The notes under the pieces: generated by a model
Seen by the model: only the letters and a program-made list of their open reading frames with translations
What the model was told of the DNA's origin: nothing
Database searches by the model: none
Assembly: GCA_021613535.1 (NCBI GenBank)
Contig: CP075494.1
Coordinates: 15,934,001-15,998,000 of the forward strand
Length of the DNA stretch: 64,000 nucleotides
Direction of reading: 5' to 3'
Source: Adineta vaga
Lineage: Eukaryota > Animalia > Rotifera
In this document: positions 23,223 to 34,497 of the stretch, piece by piece
How the letters are laid out: every line of letters begins with the position of its first letter
Numbering within the stretch: the first letter of the stretch is position 1
Position numbers and translations under genes: made by a program

Positions 23223-26200
23223 ATGAATAGGAAAAAAAAATGCTTATTTCATCGATTTTTTGGATATAGAAATGAAAAAGGAGAAATGAATTTAAATAAA
23301 GATGAAATTCGTGTTTTAATTTTAAACGAAAACGAAAATAAAAATGAAGAATTATTTCATTTAAAAAAAGGATATTATCTTCAAATTATATTATCATCTT
23401 CATTAACATATAAAAATATTCGATTCTTTACAAATTATTCTAATGATAATTTTCAACGAAATAAATATGAAGAATTTCAATGGATTTCTTCTTCAAACAA
23501 TTCATTTGATCGTGCAAATCGTTATGTATTAATTCATTGTCTCAAATCTGGTTCATTTCGTTATTATTTTACAATTGATGGAAGCAACTATAAAGAAAAT
23601 CGAAATGGTCAAGGTTATTTTCATATCTCAATTGATTTAATTTTATCAAATGAAATTTTAAATCCAAATTCGATAACATGTCAAACAATTTTATCCAAAT
23701 GTTTAGGTTCCTATTCCGAATGGTTATCACGTCTTGAAGTTTCATATCATTCTGGTTATAATTTTCTTCATTTTACGCCAATACAAAGTCTTTCAGAGAT
23801 TTCTAATTCATCCTATTCAATAAAAGATCATCATAAATTAAATTCATTATTTCAATGTTCATATGAACAAATCGGAAAAATAATTGAAGAAATTTATCAA
23901 AAATGGAATATCTTTTCTTTAAGTGATCTTGTTTATAATCATGTAGCAATTGATTGTTTATTAATCTCAAATCATCCAGAAATAACATATAATTTAATTA
24001 ATAGTCCATATTTAAAATCAGCTGTTCTTCTTGATTCAATTTTAATTCAATTTACTCGTGATATTCATGAAGGAAAACTTTTATACAAAGGAATTTCACG
24101 AGATATTAAAGAAGATCAATTTGAATTGATAAGAAAATATTTACTCGATGAACAAATTCCAAAATATCGTTTATGGGAATATTATATTGTTGATATTGAT
24201 CGAATTATTCAAGAATTTCATGAATTTTTATCTAAAGAAAACGATTGTCCAGAAAAAAGTTCGAATAAAAAACTTGAAATTGAACATAAAACTTATCAAC
24301 GAATGAAAAGTTCAATTAATTTTCAATCGGCTAAAGAAATTTATTTTTATCAACGAAAAGATTTCAATGAGAAAAATCAATGGATTAAATTTGCTTGTGA
24401 AGATTTAAAAAATGATTTAATTAATTTAAATAAAAATTTCATTCAAAATTTAAATGAAAAACTTTCACGAGCAATTGATAATTGTCTTAAATCATTTTAT
24501 TATCGATTCTTTTCATATGATGGACCAAAATATAAACAAATTTCTTTTCCATCAATTTTATTTGTGCCAAATTATTTCTCTTATCCAAATCAACAATTTA
24601 AACATCCAGATGAAATTAATCTTTTAATTGAAAATGATACTCAATATCAAACATTTCTTATGGCACATAATGGATGGGTTATCAATGATGATCCAAGAAG
24701 AAATTTTGCTAATGAAGGTGAAGATGTTTATTTATGTCGTGATTTAATTCCATGGTGTGATTTAATTAAATTACGTTTTGGTTCTCGAAGTGATGATTGT
24801 CCAATGTTATATTCATATATGAAAGAATATACACGATTAATAGCCAAAACATTTCATGGTTGTCGTCTTGATAATTGTCATTCAACACCGATTTGGTTTC
24901 TACAAGAAATGATGGATTATGCAAGAGAAATTGATACGAATTTTTATATTAATGCTGAATTATTTACAGGAAATATTTCAATTGATAATTATTATATAAA
25001 TCAAATAGGAATTAATTCATTGATAAGAGAATCTTATCGTGCATTTGATCCTTATCAATTAGGTGAAATGATCTCAATAATAAGTCAATCAAATCCTATT
25101 GGTTCATTTTTACAATTAAATATTTCTCCATTAAAATCAACAAAATTATATTCATTATTTTATGATCAAACACATGATAATCCATCATTAATACAAAGAA
25201 GATCAGTTGAAGATCTGCTTCCTCGTTCCGCTTGTGTTGCAATGACAAATTCTCCAATTGGATCAAATCGTGGTTATGATGAATTAATTCCACATTATAT
25301 TGATGTTGTTCATGAAACAAGATTTTATGCAAAATGGGGTTATAAACAACAACAAGTCAATGAAAAAACTGCCATGATTGCAATACGAAAAGCTTTGAAT
25401 CATTTACATATAAATCTTTGCCAACAAGGTTTTACACAATTAATGATTGATCAATTATCAAGTTCAGCTTTATTAATAACTCGTCATAATCCAATAAATC
25501 ATCAATCTATTTTATTAATAGCTCATACATCTTTTTATCAATCAAATGAGAAATGGGAATATATTAGTTCATTAACAATTGAAGGTATTATTAATGAAAT
25601 TTTATTTGAAGGTACAATTCATCATCCACAAAATGAAGAATCAGTTCGAGATTTTCAACGATCAAAAACTTATTTAAATGGACTTGAAAAGACGAAAATT
25701 TATTTTAAAGAACATGTTTTAATTGAACAAAGTCGTTGTATTCGTTTAACATCACCCAATTCACCTGATTATACAGGTTATCGAACAATTGAATTTACCG
25801 ATGAATTTTCTCCTGGATCAATAATTGCTTTACAAATTTCACTTCTTCCACAAATTTCACAATCAATTTCTAATTTAAAAGAAATGTTAAATCAATTTGA
25901 TAATTTTCAAAGTGAATTTTTTGAAATCATACGAAAATTAACATTAATTGATCTTCAACGTATTCTTTATCGTTCATCAAATGAAGAACAAGCAGATGGA
26001 AATGGTTTTGATGTTTATACAATACCTGATTATGGAAAATTAAATTATTGTGGTTTACAAGGTCTTATGTCAATTTTAGAAAAAATTCGTTTACAAAATT
26101 CTCTTCGTCATCCATTAATTGTCAATTTAAAACAAGGTAATTGGTTAATCGATTATATTGTTAATAGACTTCAAATATATTCAACTACGAAACAATTATC

Positions 26201-27901
26201 ACAATGGTTGGAAAAAGCATTTTCCTATGTAAAAACATTAACACGTGTTATGATACCAGTTTATTTTGATTTAATAATAACAAAAACTTATCGAATATTA
26301 TTAGAACATGGTTGGTCATTAATGACACCATTTATATCACAATCATCAACATTTATTCGTGCACTTGCACAAACAAGTATTCAATTAATAAGTATTGTAC
26401 CAAATGCACGTTTACCATTATTATCATCGAATTTACGTCAACCACAACCAATTCAAGATATTGATCAACAAACAATGGAACAAATTCAACAATGTCCATC
26501 ATTAGCTGCTGGTCTTCCGCATTTTTCAAGTGGAATATGGAGAAATTGGGGACGAGATACATTTATATCATTACGTGGTCTTCTTCTTTTAACTGGTCGA
26601 TATGAAGAAGCTCGTTATTTAATTTTAGCTTATGCTGGATGTCTTCGTCATGGTTTAATACCAAACTTATTAGCTGATGGAAAGAATGCTCGTTATAATG
26701 CACGAGATGCTGTTTGGTGGTGGTTATATTCGATTTCAAATTATACGAATTCAGTACCGAATGGATATGAAATTCTTTCGGATATTGTATCACGTTTATA
26801 TCCAACTGATGATAGTCCTTTACAATCAGTTGGTCTACATGAACAAACATTATCGGATGTTATTCAAGAAATTCTGATTCGTCATATTCAATCAGTTAAA
26901 TTTTGTGAACGTGGTGCTGGACCTTTATTAGATTCTGACATGACAAATGTAGGTTTTAATAATCAAATTGGAATTGATCTTAAGACAGGATTTGTTTATG
27001 GTGGAAATCAATGGAATTGTGGAACATGGATGGATAAAATGGGTTCAAGTAATAAAGCAAAAAATAAAGGACATCCAGCAACACCACGTGATGGATCAGC
27101 AATTGAATTAATAGGATTATGTCGTGCAATACTTACATGGTTAATTCAGATGAATAAACAAGGTTATTATCCATATGATTCTGTTCAAACATCACTCAGT
27201 TCGGGAGATGAAATCGATATTTCCTTTCAAAAATGGATCGATCAAATTGATGAAAATTTTGAAAAAGAATTCTGGATTGATCTAACAAATTCTTCAAAAT
27301 ATGTTAATCGAAAAGAAATTTATAAAGATACAATTAATTCAACCTTTCAATGGACTGATTTTCAATTAAGACCAAATTTTCTTATTGCAGCTGTTGTTGC
27401 TCCAGAGATGTTTGATAAAACTCATATATGGTTAGCTTTAAAACAAGTTGAACAAATTCTTCTCGGAAAATATGGAATCAAAACACTTGATCCAAAGTAA
27501 ATTGAAACCGAGGTTTTTTGTCCAATATAATTTTTGTTTTTAGTGATTATAATTATATTGGTGATTATGTTAATGACGATGATTCAAATGATTATAAACG
27601 AGCACATGGTTTTAATTATCATAATGGCCCAGAATGGTTGTGGTTGACTGGTTATTATATTCGTGCTAAACTTTATTGGTCAAAACAACAAGATGATCCT
27701 TTGATTGTCGAACAAACAATTGCACATATTGAAAAGATTCTTTCTGCACATATGGAATTAATTTTATCGAACGATTGGAAAGGTTTACCAGAATTAACGA
27801 ATGCTGATGGAAAACTATGTCCTTATTCCTGTTCTGTCCAAGCATGGTCTTCTGCAACACTTTTAGAAGCTTTATATGATCTCACACAAACTAAGAACTA
27901 A
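23223..27901 (+). CDS. AGL: Glycogen debranching enzyme (4-alpha-glucanotransferase / amylo-1,6-glucosidase); one 47-bp intron 27497-27543; start at 23223 or 23286
   Basis: GYNFLHFTP, DLVYNH, RLDNCHSTP, AELFTG, DQTHDN, LAAGLPHF..WGRDTFISLRG, GTWMDKMG, YHNGPEW, GLPELTN, QAWS; splice LDP N|DYNY. Confidence 0.95.
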
Positions 27902-29024
27902 GGAAAGATATCTTTTTAACTTTTTTATAAGATATGTTTTAGATCACTTTGAAATTTTAATAATAAAAGTTACTTTCATATCTTATTGATGATTGAAGTC
28001 TATATAATTAATTCTCGTTTCGTCGAAGATTAATTATATAGATCAATGAAATCTGTTTTTTTTAGTAACAGTAACAACAAGACAGAGAACAATTCACTTT
28101 CTTTATGTATAATTCACTCATTAAACGACAAACATATTTCTCAAAAGATTATATTCTAAAATAAACATTTATACGTCACATTCGTTTCGAAACAGATTTA
28201 TTACTTGATGTATACAAAAACCATTTGATAGTTACATAAATCAGCTTCGCAGCAAATATTAGCCAATAAAACAGTTCCGATGGTCTTTCAAAGTTGCATC
28301 GATCTTTATCACAACCGCGATTAGTAGTAGCAATAGCTTCTAATTTGTAGCATATATTTCAATTAGGACCACAGGTCGTGATTGTGTTCACTAATTTTAG
28401 ATACTTTGTCAAGCATAGATGATGTTTATTATCAAAATAACTTCCATTATTAAATCAATGCAATATAGTAAATGTTTATCATAGGTTCATGATCAATCGA
28501 TTAATTGTTGCTGCGAAGAAAAATAAAATCGATCTATTGTTAATATTCTTGAACCAGTCAGCTTTGGTTTTGCTCATTTGAAACCAGTATTATCCTCAAA
28601 AACTCGTTGATATTTATAAAATCTCTTTGAAAACAATTTCTTATGTAAAAATATTCTGCCTTATATATGAACATCGTCTGAAATGTCAAGTCAAACAAAT
28701 AGTAATATATAGAAAATATTGAATCGGTCTCATATCTGTAATAAATATTTACTTTCTCTTGTTTTCATTTTAACTCGATTGACTTTTCTTCTTCCAAAAG
28801 GACTTATTCTCTCTCAATAAACTCAAATAAACATATAGAAAAGATTTATTGATATTTCGTTTGGATTGTATTATAACTATAAAAAGAATAAGTTAATCTT
28901 GAAGGGAATGATACGCATATATTTTGATAAAAAAAGTCGTATATAATAACGATACAAGAGAAAAAGCTAATAAAAATTCGAAATGTTACTGTTTTTTAAT
29001 ATATGTAATAGCTGAAGCAATAAC

Positions 29025-29222
29025 TTAAGCAGCAGATTTATCAGTTAAACGAATAGTTAATTGTATTGTTGTTGTTGTTGTTGTACTTGCATAATCTGCT
29101 GATATTTCTCCTAAAATCATTCTAAGTCGAACAAGTACATCATGTCTACCTCGATAAATTCCAGCTAAATCAAGTGTATGTGATGTTTATTGTTTTCAGC
29201 TACTTTATCCGATTGTTCACAC
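29025..29222 (-). pseudogene. COPG: Fragment of coatomer subunit gamma C-terminal appendage, frameshifted
   Basis: Minus strand reads CEQSDKVAEN(N) / frameshift / TSHTLDLAGIYRGRHDVLVRLRM..TIQLTIR, matching the gamma-COP end ([31 protein letters not shown]); abuts the TIR at 29220. Confidence 0.75.
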
Positions 29223-31371
29223 GTAGGATATCCTAGCTCTCGATTCGAGTATTTCCGTGATCGATTCGCTCATCAGAGCTTTCCAAGTACACTAACATAC
29301 TTATGTTTTGAAAGTTCAAAAAAATAAGAATAATTTTTTCTGTTTAAATATCGTCTGTAAATATTTGATTATATTTTTTTGCTGTGGTAGCTTGAACTTG
29401 CAGCTCTTGATTGAGTAGCAAAGGTTTTTTTTTCCTGTGCTATGTTATTTCTAATGTATGACGAGAATCTGTATGTAATTGAAAATTTTGTCTATCCTCA
29501 TAAAGATTTAGTAATAGTTGCAGATATTTGTCTTTTTTAATATCCACCTAAGATGGTGTTAATTCATGTGCCGAAGGATAGATCTTTATCTTATATAGAT
29601 TTGATGCTCAATCAATATATAATCGTCTGATTTAGTATTCTCTTTTCTTTTAATTCACACATTGAAAATCAATAAAGAATGTATGATATTTATGAAGATT
29701 TATTTAGCATATTTGACAACAAATGAATTATAACATGAATAGAAAAACTATTAAGGATAGACAAATGTCTTCTATTTGAGATCGAACGTCGTTCATTTCT
29801 CTTTGTAGTTGATATTTAATGAATTTAATGATATAAACGAAGATCATGGCGAATATGGAACAAAGAACCCGGATAAGATGGATAGTCCGAAATCATAAAT
29901 AGTTTCTTTAAATTTTGATTGTTTTGATGGGAAAGTTAACATCAAATCTTTCATTGATTTCTCCAATTGTACACGGTAAGCTGATACAAGCGTTTGCTTC
30001 ACATTTTGAATTGGCACAATATAGTGAGGTAATTGATGATTGACGGAAGTGAAGCTACGTATCATAATGGTTCGATTTACTTTACATGATGCGGCAGATA
30101 ATTGAAATTTCAGACATGCAACTGTCTTATCACATGTTATACGCACAATCACTGCTTCATTCATTGAAATTGTTTCAGTGAGTTCATTTAAAGTTGTATT
30201 AAGTTGTCAGTAATATGTAAGATGTGTATTATAAAAAAGTCAAAGTCCATCATCAATATACAATATATCTTGCCCTATATTTGGTGAACGATTCACTTGA
30301 CACCTATCTATAACGAATTGATAATCGTCGAATAATTGAGACAGACATGATGATTGCGATAATGACAGTGAAATAGGTTTGTTGTGACACAAAACAAAGG
30401 GTGAGAATGTGCATTCATTATTTTCTAATTCATCGTTCCACATAAATGTTTGTTCAATGTAATTTATTCCAATCACGCTCGGAAGATTAGAATATATGTA
30501 TCTATAATTCTCAACAACTATTGGTAAAGGAAGCACACGATAAATTGAATGGATCGAGAGGCTATTTGCTGGAATTCGTAGGAATAGTGTTGAAACTGCT
30601 AAACAAGGCTTTGAGGATAAGAAGTATTGTCGACTTAATGCACAATAGCATAAAGCATTTAGAGATTCTTGAATATCATTTATTTGATACGAATTGTCGA
30701 TATTAGAAAATAATAGTTGCTAGAAATAGTTTTAAATCAGCAGAAGACAAATGTTCAAAACTAATTCTATTGCTATTGATTTGTTTCATAATTGTATCTA
30801 CTGATGTTGGACGAAATCGTAGCATATCATTATAGCTATCGACAGCATTCGTGGAAGAAGTTGATGATAATGCTTGATTGTCATTTTTCTGATAATAGAA
30901 TTGATTGTTGATCAAATGAATACTAGATGTAGTGTGTCGAAGAAATTCATCTGGCTTATGATGTACAAGAGCACGACTTAGATCACTGCCAGTTTGTAAC
31001 AATTATTGCTTGTTTGCAAATTGATCAAACGAACGCATGTGCTGTTCTCTACTACTATTAAATAAAACATTCAAAATAAAAGAATTTTTTCTCAGTTAGT
31101 ATAATTTCGATACTTTGTAACGATAAAATTTCCGGGAGAAAAATGCCTTCTTTGATGGTTCTATTTCTATTGGTAGATACAAACAAGGCAATGCATGACA
31201 GGGCTGAATATTTATGTAACTAAGATCATATCATCGAAATTAAAAAATAAGATGTGAAATCGGTAGTGATAATCACAATCTATCTGTAACCAATGCCTGT
31301 TTCATTGGAAAGCTCTCATGAGCAAATCGATCACGGAAATACTCGAATCGGGAGCTAGGATATCCTACGTG
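29220..31371. mobile_element. TIR element with CAC termini (Chapaev/Transib-like) carrying env-like cargo, no transposase
   Basis: 67-bp inverted repeats 29220-29286 and 31305-31371 (3 mismatches), starting cacgtaggatatcctagctc; no TSD visible. Confidence 0.75.
29710..31010 (-). pseudogene. Degraded envelope / class I fusion glycoprotein-like sequence
   Basis: Collinear ORF pieces: PCLAVSTLFLRIP..IYRVLPLPIV..YIYSNLPSVIGIN..CTFSPFVLC..SSCLSQLF..CQVNRS..IDDGL..VRITCDKTVAC, then a hydrophobic stretch; pattern resembles Env/F-type proteins. Confidence 0.55.
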
Positions 31372-31785
31372 AAAAGATGTAGAAGAATTCCGTTACGAAA
31401 TTATTCGATTTTTGATACTGACATTATCAATTTAGAAATGTTTTCCATATTGAATTAACTTTTTATGAATATGTCGTTGTATAATATAAAGAATCAATTC
31501 GATATCTTTGTTGTTTTTTCTTCGTATACGAAATAAATGATGAAAATTGCCACGTGTATAGTTCTTTTCTCTTTTTATGAGCAAATAAATCTTGTGCATT
31601 ACTCAGGAATCATGTTTATATCCAAATATATAGATATTTTTTTCCACATCCTTCTTTACAAAATGAAATAAAAGTAACAAGTTTTCGTAATGCTGTCACA
31701 GTTTTATAGTGAAAATGGCTGATGTTACCATTACCATTTCTGTTACTGAAATGCGTTAAAACTGTTTTCGTACCTATCAGGCAAT

Positions 31786-32010
31786 CAGTGGCGGAACCAG
31801 GATTTGGAGCTAGGGGCTGAGCCCCCCTGGCTTCGCCACTGATTTTATCTGTTAAAAATGTATGTGATTCTCACATATTAAGGTATATATCAGTGAGAAA
31901 TTACAAATTACAAAGCGAAATAAGATTTTAGATAAAAAAACTTTTTCTTAAATTTTCCTAGGGGGGGGGGGGACTGAGTCCCCTTGTCCTCCCCCACGGT
32001 TCCGCCACTG
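31786..32010. mobile_element. hAT-type MITE, 225 bp, same family as 11103-11416
   Basis: TIR cagtggcggaacc / ggttccgccactg; perfect 8-bp TSD caggcaat (31778-31785, 32011-32018); extra internal right end at 31826-31841. Confidence 0.93.
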
Positions 32011-32283
32011 CAGGCAATGAAAGAGTCAGATTTCCACTTCATTTTCGTCGAAACAATTGATTGTTGATATCTACAGGTGCGAGAGAATATCCATGTTCGT
32101 TCTCACGGTCATTTGTAAAGAATTCTATGCTCTATAAAATGCGATTAGATTAGTAAAAAAATATAAAACTTATCTCGATCCTTTCTTAAAGAAGATAAAT
32201 ATAATATACCAATAAAATAAGATTGAAAAAGCATAATACTTTTTTAATTCTTTTATCCTTTTTTTACGAATGGTCCATGTACA

Positions 32284-33559
32284 ATGACTAAAGTTCATCC
32301 AGAATTGTTGTTAGATGCAAATCAACTAACAGAACCAGACGTACCAGCTCAATCCACAAAATTACTAACGCGTCCATTGCCACAGGAACTTGTCGAGTTT
32401 AAATCTTATGTTGATTCAAAATGCTGTTATCATTCAGCACCGCTCGACAATGCTGAATTGATCAGTGTGCAAGACAAAGTAGCTTATCAATGTCAAATGA
32501 AAGTTTTGATGGAGGTTCGTAGTGAACATTGGAAGAAAGAACCTGCAACATGGCATCATGAAACAGTAGTCACTAGTACTACTCTGGGTAAGTTTTCTTC
32601 CCTAACTTTCTATTATATTCAATAAATAATTGATACAATCTCATTTTCTAGGTCGTTGGTTTGAAGATACAAAACGTGGCGGTGAACCAGTAGGTGATAT
32701 ATGGAATGATTATCACTTCGATCTTCCACAATCAGATGATAGATGCAAGAAGGAAATGGCATTGCCTAAATGTAGTTTTTCAACTAGATGTGATCAATGT
32801 CGAGGCAAAGGTTTAGAAAAATGTTCAGTATCAGCTTGTGGTGGAAGTGGATGGGTTCAATGCACACAATGCAATGGTCGAGGTCGAACAGAGACAGCAA
32901 AAACAATTACTATATGTGGTTGTTCGAACGGCAGAGTGCGTTGCTCAACATGCAAAGGTGGTGGTAAAGTTCACTGTTCTAATTGTAGTGGCTGTGGTGG
33001 ATTCTATCATTCTGTTATTCTGAAAGCTGAATGGCACACACGTACGAGTACATGGTATTGTCAAAATTCTTTCTTGCCTGAGAAACAAATTTCCAAAGCA
33101 CATCGTACTCTTTATTGGTCGAATCAACAACAACCATGGTCGAAAAATTCTTCAATAGATGGATTTATCCAATATCTTCAACAAGATGAAAGAAAGGAAA
33201 ATATTCAATTGAAGAAGAGTATCGTACGAGAATATCAAGAGGAGCATCTTAAACCAACTGCAGGAGTGAAAAATAGAATGTCTCGATTAGTTTGTACTAT
33301 CGAACGATTAGATTTTGAAGAAGTTCATTACACTCTCGACAATGAATATACAAATAAAAAACATCCAGAATTAGGTATGACATTTATCTATTGGTATTTT
33401 TTACTTTATATTTATGTTTAAGGAACAACTTTTCGCTTCTGCAAATTTCCTGTTAATGGCAAAGGACAAGTTATTTATGAAAATGAATATCCACTGAATT
33501 GTTGTGGATGCTTTGGAAATAAATGTGCTTGTTATTCTTGTTGTTGCTCAATATTGTGA
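32284..33559 (+). CDS. SSUH2: SSUH2-like protein with DnaJ-type CxxCxGxG zinc fingers; exons 32284-32587, 32652-33374, 33423-33559
   Basis: KCCY, DIW, CDQCRGKG, CTQCNGRG, CSTCKGGG, CSNCSGCG; spliced C-terminus YENEYPLNCCGC..CCCSIL* (CaaX). Confidence 0.8.
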
Positions 33560-34243
33560 GATACATTGACATTCTTTCTCATTGTTGAACAGTGTGATCA
33601 TTTGCTTTTTACATTTTTCCATATTCTGCCAGAAGTAAATCGAATGATTGGAGGCAGGTGAAATTCCAGTGACCATTGCATTCACACTCTGGAATGCAGA
33701 TTATTAGATTAAAATATACTAAACATGTTCAGAAATATATCCATTTATCATTGACCCATATTGTATCAATCGATACCTTGCGAAATCGAAATAAATAAAT
33801 ACTTCATAAAAGCAACTTCTATAGAATTGAGAAAGAATGTAATTAATTGAATCGAGTAGGATTTAACATAATTTTCTATATTATTTTTCATTGTTGTCAA
33901 AGTAAAAATTATAAAATTGAGAAAAGAGAAACTCCTTGAATGTTCACATACAATCAATAAATCATGGTATTACGAATTCTTATACTTATTAATATCTCTA
34001 ATTATCGAAGAATTTATATGAATTGGATGTTATTTCAAATATGTCATCATTTCTTCTTTGTCATTTTAGATTTGTTTTTCTCATTTTCATAATTAAATTA
34101 AATTAATATTTTTATTTTATTTAACATTGAGAATGAATTGATGGGAAAATGTCGAAGGAAAAACCATCGAAAAACTAATATCGAAGAAACCTTGATCGAA
34201 TAAAAAATGTCGATCGAGCGAAATATCGAAAATGCAAAGATGT

Positions 34244-34313
34244 CGGGTCTGGGTCAGACCATACTCTTAACCTACACCCATCCTCCCCCTCCCCCACACC
34301 CACACCACACCCG
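34244..34313. repeat. Telomere-type-repeat hairpin element, preceded by degenerate aaaatgtcga repeats (34146-34243)
   Basis: cgggtctggg ... cccacacccacaccacacccg. Confidence 0.55.
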
Positions 34314-34497
34314 CTAACGATTCTTTTAACTGCGTCTAAAGGCAGTCATATACGAAATCACGTCTACATGCAAGAAAAAAATTATATTGATTTTATATAG
34401 AGAGACATTGACAGTACGTGCCAGATGATCAAATAAATAGTCAAGGTGAAAAAATATCATCTTACAAAATTCTCAGTAACTAGTATCATTTTAGCGT

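Noticed and set aside
28230-28620. Coding-like composition downstream of AGL
   Set aside because: Multiple stops and no identifiable homology by eye
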